DNA of 64,000 bases from an uncultured Planctomycetota bacterium (lineage in GTDB: Bacteria > Planctomycetota > Planctomycetia > Isosphaerales > Isosphaeraceae): assembly GCA_963845755.1 (NCBI GenBank), contig CAWJTV010000023.1, positions 1-64,000 on the forward strand, written 5' to 3'. A model generated the notes under the pieces. That model saw nothing but the letters and a program-made list of their open reading frames with translations. It had not been told where the DNA came from and did no database searches. The translations under genes and the position numbers were made by a program. This document shows, piece after piece, positions 53,428 through 64,000 of the stretch (position 1 is its first letter; each line of letters opens with the position of its first letter).

Positions 53428-53521
53428 TTTCTTAAATAAAAATGCCGAATGATAGGTCACCCAGGAAAGAAGCGGTCGTATTCGAGCGAGCGATCAGACC
53501 GATTTTGAGGAGCCTTTCTCC

Positions 53522-56500
53522 ATGTCACTTCGGCAACGCAATCCCAGGCCGAGCCTGCTGTCAACGCTCTGGGGACATCGCGGGCAGACCAGGGATCGAC
53601 GGAGGAGACATCTCGGTCCGATCATGACTCGGCTCGAGGAGCGGACCTTGTTGACGACTCCGACGCTCACGACGCTGGCGGACTCGGCCACTTCCTTGAC
53701 GTACGGCCAGACCGAGGTGTTCACGGCCACCGTGACCACCGACCCGCACAGCGGCACGACACCGACCGGCGGCACTGTAACCTTCATGGACGGGACCACG
53801 ACGCTCGGCACCCAGCCCTTGACCAACGGCATGGCCCGGCTCAGCGTCTCCGGGCTGGGAGTTGGGAGCGACGAGGTGACGGCGATCTACAGCGGGACCG
53901 GCGCGTTCGGGGCCAGCAGTACGCCGGTCACGCCGTCGCCGGTCATCACCACCGTGGCGGGCGGGGGCAACTCCGCGGCCAAAGCGGCTCACTATACCTT
54001 GAGCTCCGCCGCCGCCGTCGCGGTAGACAGCTCGGGCGACCTGTTTATCGCCGAGGGCATTAGTTACTACAACGGCAGCGTCAACGAGGTCTGTGAGGTC
54101 AACCACTCCACCGGCGCAGTCTCCATCGTCGCGGGCAATGGTAGCAGAGGCTACAGCGGAGACGGCGGCCCCGCCACCGCCGCCGAACTGTCCAATCCCA
54201 GCGGCCTCGCGCTGAATGGCTCGGGCGATCTCTTCATCGCCGACAGCGGCAACAACGTGGTCCGCGAGGTCAACCTCAACACCGGGATCATCACCACCGT
54301 CGCCGGAAACGGCACCGCGGACCGGACCGAGCCGACCAGTGAGGTCGTGAACACCGGGATCACCACCAACGTCACCGGAAACGGCAGCGCGGGCTATTCC
54401 GGCGACGGCGTCCCCGCCACCACTGCCGAACCCTCCGACGTTGCGGCGGACGACCCGCTCAACCTGATCACCGGGATCATCACCACCGCCACCGGAAACG
54501 GCATCGGGGGCGATTCTGGCGACGGCGGCCCCGCCACCGCCGCCGAACTCTCCTACCCCTCCGGCGTTGCGGTGGACGACGCGGGCGACCTGTTCATCGC
54601 CGACAGTCTCAACAATGTAGTCCGCGAGGTCAACCTCAACACCGGGATCATCACCACCATTGCTGGCAACGGCACGCAGGGCGATCGCGGTGACGGCGGC
54701 CCGGCCACCGCCGCCGAACTGTCCGGTCCCAGTGGCCTTGCGCTGAATGGCTCGGGCGATCTCTTCATCGCCGACAGCGGCAACCATGTGGTCCGCGAGG
54801 TCAACCTCAACACCGGGATCATCACCACCATCGCCGGCAACGGCACCGCGGGCACCAGCGGGGACGGCGGTCCGGCCACCGCCGCCGAACTCTCCGACCC
54901 CTCCGGCGTTGCGGTGGACGACTCGGGCGACCTCTTCATCGCCGACAGCGACAACAATGCGGTCCGCGAGGTCAACCTCAACACCGGGATCATCACCACC
55001 GTCGCCGGCAACGGCACGCAGGGCTATCGGGGTGACGGCGGCCCGGCCACCGCCGCCGAACTGTCCCAGCCCATTGGTCTGGGCCTGGACGGTTCGGGCG
55101 ATCTCTTCATCGCCGACTGGTGGAACAATGCGATCCGCGAGGTCAACCTTGGCACTGGGATCATCAACACCGTCGCGGGCGGCGACGCGCTCGGCTACAG
55201 CGGCGATGGCGGTCCGGCCAACACCGCCGAGCTGGGCAAACCTGAGGGTGTCGCAGTCGACAAGTCGGGCGACCTCTTCATCGCCGACAGCGGCAACAAT
55301 GTGGTCCGCGAGGTCAATGCCCAAACTGGCGACATCACCACCATCGCCGGCAACGGCACCACTGGCTACAGCGGGGACGGCGGTCCAGCCTCCGCCGCCG
55401 AACTCTCCGATCCCTCCGGCGTCGCGGTGGATGGCTCAGGCGACCTCTTCATCGCCGACAGCGGCAACCATGTGGTCCGCGAGGTCAACCTCAACACCGG
55501 GATCATCACCACCATCGCCGGCAACGGCACGCGGGGCATCGCGGGTGACGGCGGTCCAGCCACCGCCGCCGAACTCTCCGACCCCTCCGGCGTCGCGGTG
55601 GATGGCTCGGGGGATCTGTTCATCGCCGACAGCGACAACAATGTGGTCCGCGAAGTCAATCTCGGCACCGGGATTATCACGACCGTCGCGGGTAACGGCA
55701 CGGAAGGCTACAGCGGCGACGCCGGTCCCGCGACTGCCGCCGAGCTGTTCGACCCCTCCAGCGTCGCGGTTGACTCAGCCGGGGACGTGTTCATCGCCGA
55801 TATGGACAATAACGTGATCCGCGAGGTCAACGCCAAAACCGGTGGCATCACCACCATCGCCGGCACCGGCACCGGAGGCTACAGCGGCGACAACGAATCC
55901 GCCACCGCCGTCGAGCTGAGCACTCCCCTGGGCGTTGCAGTGGACGGGTCCGGGCATCTGTTCATCGCCGACAGCGGCTACACTGTGATCCGCGAGGTCA
56001 ACCTCAACACCGGGATCATCACCACCATCGCCGGCAAGTATAACAACGGCAGCGGCGGCTACAGCGGCGATGGCGGCCCGGCGACCTCCGCCCTGCTCGG
56101 ATACCCCTCCGGCGTCGCCGTCAATTCCGCCGGGAATCTCTACATCAGCGACATCACGAACAACGACATCCGCGAGGTCTTGACGCCGACGAACCTGGCC
56201 CAGACGGTGACGGTCGGGAAGGCCCCGTTGACGGTGACGGCGAGCAATGCCACCAAGGTCGTCGGCGCCGCGGTTCCAAATCTGACTTACGCGATCACCG
56301 GCTTCGTCAATGGCGACACCGCCGCCAATCTGTCAACGCCCCCGGTGGTCTCCACCACGGCAACCTCCTCCAGCCCGACCGGCACCTATCCGATCGCCGT
56401 CAGCGGTGCCACCTCCCTCAATTATGCGATCCGCTTCGTCAACGGAACCCTCACGGTGGCCCCGGCGACGCCGCCCCCGGTGACCCCCCTGCGCGTGGAT

Positions 56501-56839
56501 GCGGTGACGTTCGCACCGGCGAGCGTCCACGGCGACTCGAAGGCCAGGATCGCAGGCGGAAAACATAAGGCGCCGCGGGAGATCCTGGTCCAGCTCAGCG
56601 GAGCCGTCAACGCATCGGCCGCGCTGAATCTCAGCAACTACCGTCTGACCACGCGGCCCAGGGGGAGGAAGGAGGGCAAGCGGATCGGCCTTTCGGAGGC
56701 GACCTACAACGCCACCACCCAGACGGTGATGCTCGTCACCCGCAACAAGGCGGCCGCGAGCCGACCGCTGCAATTGACGATCAACGCGGCCGGCCTGGGG
56801 TTGTCGGGGGGCGATGTCGTGGCGGTCGTCAGCCCGTGA
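53522..56839 (+). CDS. Extracellular Ig-like + NHL-repeat + MBG-like domain protein
   Basis: RLEERTLL motif; TPTGGTVTFMDG Ig-like domain; about 11-12 'GDLFIADS.N.VVREVN..TGIITT.AGNG' repeats; KAPLTVTA..ITGFVNGD. Confidence 0.9.
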   Translation: MSLRQRNPRPSLLSTLWGHRGQTRDRRRRHLGPIMTRLEERTLLTTPTLTTLADSATSLTYGQTEVFTATVTTDPHSGTTPTGGTVTFMDGTTTLGTQPLTNGMARLSVSGLGVGSDEVTAIYSGTGAFGASSTPVTPSPVITTVAGGGNSAAKAAHYTLSSAAAVAVDSSGDLFIAEGISYYNGSVNEVCEVNHSTGAVSIVAGNGSRGYSGDGGPATAAELSNPSGLALNGSGDLFIADSGNNVVREVNLNTGIITTVAGNGTADRTEPTSEVVNTGITTNVTGNGSAGYSGDGVPATTAEPSDVAADDPLNLITGIITTATGNGIGGDSGDGGPATAAELSYPSGVAVDDAGDLFIADSLNNVVREVNLNTGIITTIAGNGTQGDRGDGGPATAAELSGPSGLALNGSGDLFIADSGNHVVREVNLNTGIITTIAGNGTAGTSGDGGPATAAELSDPSGVAVDDSGDLFIADSDNNAVREVNLNTGIITTVAGNGTQGYRGDGGPATAAELSQPIGLGLDGSGDLFIADWWNNAIREVNLGTGIINTVAGGDALGYSGDGGPANTAELGKPEGVAVDKSGDLFIADSGNNVVREVNAQTGDITTIAGNGTTGYSGDGGPASAAELSDPSGVAVDGSGDLFIADSGNHVVREVNLNTGIITTIAGNGTRGIAGDGGPATAAELSDPSGVAVDGSGDLFIADSDNNVVREVNLGTGIITTVAGNGTEGYSGDAGPATAAELFDPSSVAVDSAGDVFIADMDNNVIREVNAKTGGITTIAGTGTGGYSGDNESATAVELSTPLGVAVDGSGHLFIADSGYTVIREVNLNTGIITTIAGKYNNGSGGYSGDGGPATSALLGYPSGVAVNSAGNLYISDITNNDIREVLTPTNLAQTVTVGKAPLTVTASNATKVVGAAVPNLTYAITGFVNGDTAANLSTPPVVSTTATSSSPTGTYPIAVSGATSLNYAIRFVNGTLTVAPATPPPVTPLRVDAVTFAPASVHGDSKARIAGGKHKAPREILVQLSGAVNASAALNLSNYRLTTRPRGRKEGKRIGLSEATYNATTQTVMLVTRNKAAASRPLQLTINAAGLGLSGGDVVAVVSP

Positions 56840-57097
56840 TTTTCGGGCACCTGACGACTGGGATGAGCGCCCCAGACGATCTCCCGTGTTAAGGGCAGAT
56901 CGAACTCGGTCAATGCCCCGAAGGTGTCGTTTCCTCGATCGTTCTGGCCCCGGACTCCGTAAACCACAGATTTCCGTCCGACCTGGTCGTGATCCCCTGC
57001 GGTTCCACGATCTGCACCAGGGGGATCGGAAAGGTCGTGGCGGTCAGGATTAGAGCGTCTCACCGTTGGGTGGCACACACTCGAAGCCTGCTCACGA

Positions 57098-57190
57098 AGA
57101 CCCCCCGAACCCCCCCTTCGCGAGGGGGGGATACTGATCGGGAAAAGCCCGTTTCCCGTCCCCCCGTGCGAAGGGGGGGTTCGGGGGGTG
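57098..57190. repeat. C-run/G-run palindromic repeat doublet
   Basis: ACCCCCCGAACCCCCCTTCGCGAGGGGGG ... CCCCCGTGCGAAGGGGGGGTTCGGGGGGT. Confidence 0.65.
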
Positions 57191-57287
57191 AATTCGCAGC
57201 GCCTCAGGGCGTGCGCAATGCAAGAGCTAGCGCTCCGAGAGCGCCTATCGATTGGATTGCGCACTCCCGTGCCGGGGAGGTTCTCCG

Positions 57288-57476
57288 GCGGCCCAACGGG
57301 CCGCAGGAACCCAGCCCGGGGTGAAACCCCGGGACTCGGGCGTCTCGTGCGCTGGTCATGCACCCTGAAAGGGTGCGGGAGACGTCTCCTGCGGCCCTTC
57401 AGGCCGCCCGACATTGGCGATATCCCACGGACCCCGGGTTTCACCCGGGGCTAGGCTCCCGCGGCCTTTCAGGCCG
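57288..57476. repeat. REP-like nested inverted repeat
   Basis: AGCCCGGGGTGAAACCCCGGG ... CACCCTGAAAGGGTG ... CCCGGGTTTCACCCGGGGCT. Confidence 0.65.
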
Positions 57477-57607
57477 CCGAACACATCGGCTGTTACTGTA
57501 TGCAATCCATCTGTTAAGCGCACTAGAGCCACACGATTTTTTAATGATCATCGACAATGGATCGGAATTCGTCGATGCGACAGGAGATGGGGTCAGAAAC
57601 GGCGTCT

Positions 57608-60600
57608 TCAGGAATCGCTCTGGCGCGGCTCCGGGCGTTGCCGTTTTGCGGAATCCGCCGTTTGATGGGCACGATCAGGCAAAGCGCGCCAGAGTTTGAT
57701 GGCTCCGTCGTGACTGCCGGATGCGAGGATCAAGCCGTCTGGCGAAAACGCGACGGCGTGCACCGGCGCCTCGTGCCCCTTGAGGACCATAAGTACCCTG
57801 CCTGTGACCGGTTCCCACAGGCGGACGGTGTGGTCCCGGCCGGCCGAGGCCAGCGTGAGGCCGTCGAGACTGAAGGCGAGGCCCAACACGTCGCCGACGT
57901 GGCCGCGCAGGGGAGGACCCGTTTTCTCGGTGGCGACGTCCCACAACCTGATGTTTCCGTTGTGATGTCCCACGGCCAACGTCTGGCCATCCGGCGCGAT
58001 CGCCATCGAGTAGACCTGATCGTCCGCCTTCCAGACCGCACGGACACGGCCGGCCTCCCAATCCCAGATGCGGATCGTCTCATCGAGAGAGCCTGAATAC
58101 AGGGTCTTTCCGTCCGGCGCGAACGCCAGCGAGAACACCGCATTCGTGTGGCCGGTCAGCGGCGGAGCCAGCTCGCGCCGGGATACCACATCCCAGAGCC
58201 GGATCGCTCGGTCTTCTCCGCCGGTTGCAAGCGTTCCGCCGTCGGGCGAGAACGCCACGGCGCGTATGCGACCTTGATGACCGCGAAGGATCGCCAGTTG
58301 TTGTCGGGTCGAGGCATCCCAGAGCCGGACCGTCTGGTCGAAGCCGACGGAAGCCAGCAGCGCGCCGCCAGGCGAGTAGGCTACCGCGGTCACCAGCGAT
58401 CCGTGTCCTTTGAAGGTTGTCCGTTCGTGGCCGTCCGCGAGGTCCCACAGCTTGATCGTCCAGTCATCCCCGGCCGACGCCAGCCGCGTGCCATCGGGCG
58501 AGAACGCCAGCCCCCAGACCTCTGCCTTGTGCCCGGCGAGTGTGCCGGGTGCGCGCCAGTCGTCGAGAATCCAGAGCCTCGCCCGATTATCGTACCCGGT
58601 CACGACCAGGGTATTTCCCTGCGGAGCGAATTCGAACGTGGAACCGACCGAGATCTCGCCCGGCGGGAACAGGGGACCGTCCCGCCCCGAGCCGACATCA
58701 ATCAGACGGAGTGTGGCGTTGTGAAGTGCCTGGGGGTCCGGCACCAAGACGGCCGCGGTACGGCCGTCGCGGGAGAAGCGCGCCCAGCGGTTCGGCCTAG
58801 CCTGTCCGATCGGTCTCGCACGCTCACACCCTGTGAGTGTGCAGGCCAGACGGCCGATCTCGTCAACCTGAGCTGGTGTGTACGGGACGTTGAGGTCGGT
58901 GCGGGGGAGGACGACGACCTCGGGGCCTTCGGTGCGGCAAGCGGCCTTCCAGTACCCCCCGATCGTCGAGTAGAGCCGTATCTCGCCATCCTCCAGCCAG
59001 ACCGCCAGGGTCGAGCTGTCCCCGGGCGTCACGGCCAGGACGTCGGAGAATCGAAAAGTCCGGCCCCAAGAGTCGGCCCGTCGTTGGGTCGGAGAGAGGT
59101 GGGCGCTGAGTTGATCCGCTCGCAACGATTCCAAGAGCGTCACCCTTTTGCGGTCGTCGGAGAGCCTCCACGAGCGGATCGGGACTTCCCGTGTTGTACC
59201 AGTGGCCTCGATGGTGATCAGGTTCCGTCCATCCGGGCTGAACAACAATTGATAGCAGAGGCCGAATTCCTCGGCGATCCCTGCCAGCTCCTCACCGCTG
59301 GCGACGTCCCAGATCTTCACATCGGTCTTGCGCCCGTACGGGGGGTGAGGAGCGAACGAGGCCAGGCTGCGGCCGTCCGGCGAGAACACCGGGGAATGGT
59401 ACCCATGGAAACGGTGCTGACTTTGTAGTGCCCGATACTTTCCGGTTTCACGATCCACGAGGACGATGTTCCGCGCCCTATCCAATAAGGCGATCGTGCG
59501 GCCGTCATTCGAATAGGCCGCCTGGACGATTTTCTCGGGGAGGGAGGGCAGCCGCATCACCCGAGGTTGACAGAGCCGGTCGAGGTAGTACCAGGCGAAC
59601 CCGCGAGAGTCGGGTAGACCCGGAGTCGGATCGAGAGCATCGAGGATCGATGTGGCGGCCTCCTGCTCTCCGCGCTCGTAGAGCGATCCGGCGATTCTCA
59701 ACTCTTCTGCGGCCCGATGCCTATCGGCCAGGGCGCGTAGGTGGAGAGCCGCTCTCTCGCTTCGGTGCGTCCGATCGAGCGCCAAGCCTAACTCGTCCTG
59801 ATGCCGCTTCTCTCGAGCCCGTGCCCAGCCGAGCCCGCTGAGACCCGCGAGCAGGACCGTCCCGAGCACGGCCGCCAAGGCCGCGTGGACTGGTCGTCGC
59901 TTGGCCCACTTGCCGGCACGCTGCCACACCGTGACCGGCCGGACACGGACGGGCTTCCCATCGAGAAACCGTTGGAGGTCTTCGATCAGCTCCGAGGCGC
60001 CGGCATACCGACGATCGGGCCGTTTCTCGAGACACTTGAGGCAAATCGTCTCGAGGTCGCGCGGCAGGCCGGGCGCAGCGCGCGCGGCGAGGGCGGGTCC
60101 TGGAGCGAGACCAGATGAATCGTCTCCAGATCGGTCTCCCCTCGAAGAGGGGGCCGGCCCGTCAACAGCTCATAGAGAATCACCCCCAGCGCATAGACGT
60201 CGGTCGCCGGACCTTGCTCGCGGAGGCGGCCGGCAGCCTGTTCGGGGGCCATATAGCTCGCCGAGCCGATCGCGACACCGCTGTAAGTCTCCTGGGAAAC
60301 CTGATTGAGCAGCTTCGCCAGGCCGAAGTCGCAGATCCGGGGGATGTAGTCGAGAACCCCGCTCCGATCCGGGTCACCCGTTGCGGACGCTCCGTCCTGC
60401 TGGAGCAGAATGTTGCCCGGCTTGAGGTCCCGGTGGAGAATCCCGCGCTGATGAGCATGGGCGACCGCGGCGCCCAGGACCGCCACCAGGCGGGCGGCGT
60501 CGCGAAACGGCACGGGGGCCGTCTGCTGTCGGAGCCAGTCGGCCAGCGTCGGGCCCTCGCAATACGCCGACGCGATATAGAAGACCGGCCCTTCCTCTCC

Positions 60601-61011
60601 CACCTCGTAGACGGTCACGATGTGCGGGTGGTCGAGCCGGGAGGCGGCCTCCGCTTCGCGAAGGAAGCGACGTCGCAGGTTCTCGGTGATCAAGACCTCC
60701 GGGCGAGGGACTTTGAGCGCGACCTGGCGAACCAGGACCGAATCGACCGCCAGGAAAACGACTCCGAAACCGCCGCGTCCCAGCTCCCGCAGGATCGTGA
60801 ATTGCCCCAGTCGGCTCGGAAGGGCGAGCGCGGGCTCGAGGTTTCGCGGCCAGACGGTCTCCAGTAGTCGCAGGCACTCGCGGGCCCCAAGCCAGGACGA
60901 CGAGCCGTTGCCTGCAATCGGGTCGTTCCCGATAGCCAGCTCTCGATCAAAAGCCAGCAGGGCCTCCAACTGGGAATCCTCGGCCAGTGGCGGATCATAC
61001 TCGAGGGTCAT
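57608..61011 (-). CDS. Ser/Thr protein kinase with TM segment and WD40 repeats; frameshift near 60070
   Basis: LGRGGFG, HRDLKPGN, DFGLAK, YMAPE; then GH...AFSPDG...WD repeats in ORF 57608-59929. Confidence 0.92.
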
Positions 61012-61248
61012 GGGCGAGTCCTGATTTCTTCCATGATGCGGATCAAAGCCCAGGTGCAAAGAATTGCAGAGCCTAGTTGTAGAGTTGAGATCGGTAACAG
61101 TCAATGGCAAATCACCAACAACACGTGTCGGACCTGAACCGCCGGACGAATCCGCCCGCGAGACGAGTGGAAATCCCCGAACGATTCGCTTATCCTGAGT
61201 TCGACATGCATCGCCGTAAATCCAGGGTCACTTCGGGGTTTTCGCTCC

Positions 61249-63428
61249 ATGCAAGACGTTCTGACAACGGCCATCGAGTTGCATCAGGCAGGCCGGCTGC
61301 CCCAGGCCGCCACGCTGTATCAGAAGATCTTGCGCAAGAGAAAGACAACGCGGTGGCGATGCATCTGCTGGGCGTGCTGCACCATCAGCAGGGCGATCAC
61401 GCGAAGGCGATCGAGCTGATCGGCCGGGCGGTGGCGATCCGGCCGAACGTGCCGGCGTTCCATGCGAATCTCGCCGAGGCGTACCGTGCGACCGGGCAGT
61501 TGGAGCGGGCGGCCGGCTGCTGCCGTGCGGCGCTGGGCCTGTGGCCGGACTATCCCGAGGCCCTGTGCAATCTCGGCCTGGCCTTGCAGGGACTGGGGAA
61601 GAAGCCCGAGGCCGTGGCCCAGTTCCGGCGCGCGCTGGAGCTACGGCCGGAGTTCGCCACGGCCCACAACAACCTGGGCATCGTATTGCGCGAGCTCGGT
61701 GAGTTCGATGAAGCCCTGGAGCATTTCCGCCGGGCGGTCGAGCTGGAACCGTCGTTCGCGCCGGCCCGGACCAACCTCGGCCAGATGCTCCTGGACCGCG
61801 GCCAGGCGGAGGAGGCGCTGCCGCACTGCGAGGAAGCGGTCCGGCTCCAGCCCAACATGGCGGCCCTCCACCACAACCTCGGCAACGCCATGAGGGGCCT
61901 GGAGCGCTATATCGAGGCCAAGGCCTCGTACCTGGAGGCCCTGCGGCTGGAGCCCGACCTGGCCCCGGCCCACGCACACCTCGGCCTGACCCTGCTCCGC
62001 GAGGGCCAACTCAGTGATGCCTTGCCCTGGCTGAAGCGGGCGATCGAGCTCGATCCGGTGAATCCGACTTTCGAGGAATTCCTGGCCGAGCTCTACACCG
62101 AGCGGGAGGATCCGTCCGAGGCGATCCCACATTACGAGCGCGCGCTGGCCCTGGCCGAGGAGGAGCGCCCGGGCCTCCACCTCTCACTGGGGTGGGCGCT
62201 CCAGGAGGAAGGCCGGATCGTCGAAGCCCGGGAGCATTACGAGTCGGCGCTGCGGATCCAGCCGGACTCTGCCGCGGCCCAACTGAACATCGGTGGGCTC
62301 AGCGAGGAACAGGGCCTGATGGACAAGGCCGAGGAGGCCTTCCGCACCGCCTTGCGGTTGCAGCCGAACTTCCCGGTACCGCACGCACGCCTGGCAACCC
62401 TGCTCCGCGGCAAGCTGCCCGACACGGACCTCGCCGCTCTGGAGCAGCGCCTGACCGATCCCCAACTGACCCAGGGCCCGCGCGCCCGGCTCCTGTTCGG
62501 CCTCTGCCATGTGCTCGACGCACGCGGAGACTATGACCGAGCCGGCGAATGCCTCCGCGAAGCCAACGCCCTGAGCAAGGAGCTGGCCAAGGGCCAGCGC
62601 GAGTACGTGCCGGCCGACCACGATCGGTTCGTCAACGGCTTGTTGCGGACGTTCGACGCGGCGTTCTTCGCCCGGTCCCGCGATTCGGGTCACGACTCCC
62701 GTCTCCCGGTGTTCGTCTTCGGGCTCCCTCGATCGGGAACGACGCTCATCGAGCAGATCCTGGCCAGCCACTCGCGGTTTCACGGTGCCGGCGAGTTGCG
62801 CCTGGCCCGGCAGACCTTCGAGGCCATCCCCACCACGCTGGGGTTACCCGGCCCGCCGATGGATTGCGTCCCCCATCTCGACGCGCCGGCACTCCGCCGT
62901 CTGGCCGAGCAGCACCTCGAGCGCCTCCGCGCGCTGGCCGGCAATCGGCCGGAACGCGTTGCCGACAAGATGCCCGACAATTACATGTACCTGGGACTCA
63001 TGTCGGTCGTATTCCCGCGCACCACGTTCATCCACTGCCGCCGCGACCTCCGCGACATCGCCGTCTCCTGCTGGATGACCGACTTCCGCAGCATCCGATG
63101 GGCCAACGACCCCGAGCACATCGCCTCGCGATTCCAGCAGTACCGGCGGATCATGGACCACTGGCAGGCCGTGTTGCCGTTGCCGATCCATCACGTCGAT
63201 TACGAGGAAACCGTCGCCGACACCGAGGCGGTGGCGCGCCGGCTGATCGCGGCCTGCGGACTGGAGTGGGAGCCCGGTTGCCTCGAGTTCTACCGCCACG
63301 ACCGTCCGATCCGCACCGCCAGCGTCACCCAGGTCCGACAGCCCGTCTACAAGCGGTCCGTCGCCCGCTGGAAGAACTACGAGCCGAGCCTGGGCGAGCT
63401 GTTCGCGATGCTGCCGGTCAGGGAATGA
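61249..63428 (+). CDS. TPR-repeat sulfotransferase; frameshift near 61330
   Basis: MQDVLTTAIELHQAG start in an alternate frame; TPRs; FGLPRSGTTL, DKMP, RDLRD, TASVTQVRQP. Confidence 0.92.
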
Positions 63429-63497
63429 ACGTCGATCGAGGTGGGCCACCGGTGCTCGTTCGAGATGCGGACGAGCGGCGTATTGACTCCGAGAGTC

Positions 63498-63956
63498 TCA
63501 CGTGATCGTCGTCCAGGGACGAGCGTCGATTCCAGGGAAGCGGCCCAGGTGACGAACGTTCCCAGTGGCGACGATGACGACATCCCCAGGACTCGCTGCG
63601 GTCAGGGCCTGGCCGGCGAGGATCGCATCGGCGTCTAGTGAGTGGGGGTGGGCCGTCGGTGTTCCGGCATTGCGGACATGCGCCCAGACCTCGGCGGCTC
63701 GGAGCAAGGAGGCCCGGTCCAGTGGTAACAGCCCGAACCGAATAAGGAGAGCGTCCAGCCGGCGCAGGCCTGCCGTGGCACCAGTCCGAACCAGTTCCCG
63801 CCGAACTTCGTAATCGACGATCTCTGGGATCAGAATTCGAGTCCCTGCCAGCTCGAGCGTGGTCAACCAGGTGCGGCAAACATCGACCCCGGCCTTGCCC
63901 GCCGCCTTGCTTGCCAGTCCGAGGGGCTCGCTGTCGAGGAAGACGAGTTTGGCCAC
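63498..63956 (-). CDS. PIN-domain (VapC-like) toxin
   Basis: VFLDS, PEIVDYEVRREL, LDADAIL, ATGNVRHL. Confidence 0.85.
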   Translation of the reverse strand: MAKLVFLDSEPLGLASKAAGKAGVDVCRTWLTTLELAGTRILIPEIVDYEVRRELVRTGATAGLRRLDALLIRFGLLPLDRASLLRAAEVWAHVRNAGTPTAHPHSLDADAILAGQALTAASPGDVVIVATGNVRHLGRFPGIDARPWTTIT

Positions 63957-64000
63957 TCAGGAATCCCTTTGCAGTCCTCGGAAGACCTCGTCCCAAACCT
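63957..64000 (-). CDS. 3' end of probable antitoxin (truncated by window edge)
   Basis: ..VWDEVFRGLQRDS* with TGA abutting the PIN gene GTG. Confidence 0.45.
   Translation of the reverse strand, partial: VWDEVFRGLQRDS

Overview
GC-rich bacterial DNA, most likely from a planctomycete (Isosphaeraceae-like). This is inferred from a planctomycete-type ECF sigma factor, an 'LEERTLL' extracellular motif, PEP-CTERM and Ser/Thr kinase-WD40 genes. About 13 genes are split by single-base indels, which looks like an unpolished long-read assembly. 1-20 kb is mostly housekeeping: a type IIA topoisomerase A-then-B pair, a TPR/heptaheme cytochrome, an ABC-2 transporter, trmB, mnmA, dapB, thrC, an ArsR regulator, tandem adenylate-kinase-like genes and an OPT transporter. 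20-64 kb is accessory. Three things stand out. (1) A probable exported 642-aa selenoprotein (48773-50701): the ORF track splits it at an in-frame TGA in a 'DDERC-U-G' motif that resembles the catalytic region of eukaryotic selenoprotein N, and a hairpin follows the TGA. (2) A ferrosome(fez)-like cluster (27.5-39 kb): a Cys-less P1B-type ATPase, a catalytically degenerate paralog, several small GxxxG membrane proteins and a Ca2+/H+ antiporter. (3) A family of modular non-coding repeats without terminal inverted repeats, always joined at CTA/TAG. No rRNA, tRNA, CRISPR array or transposase was recognised.
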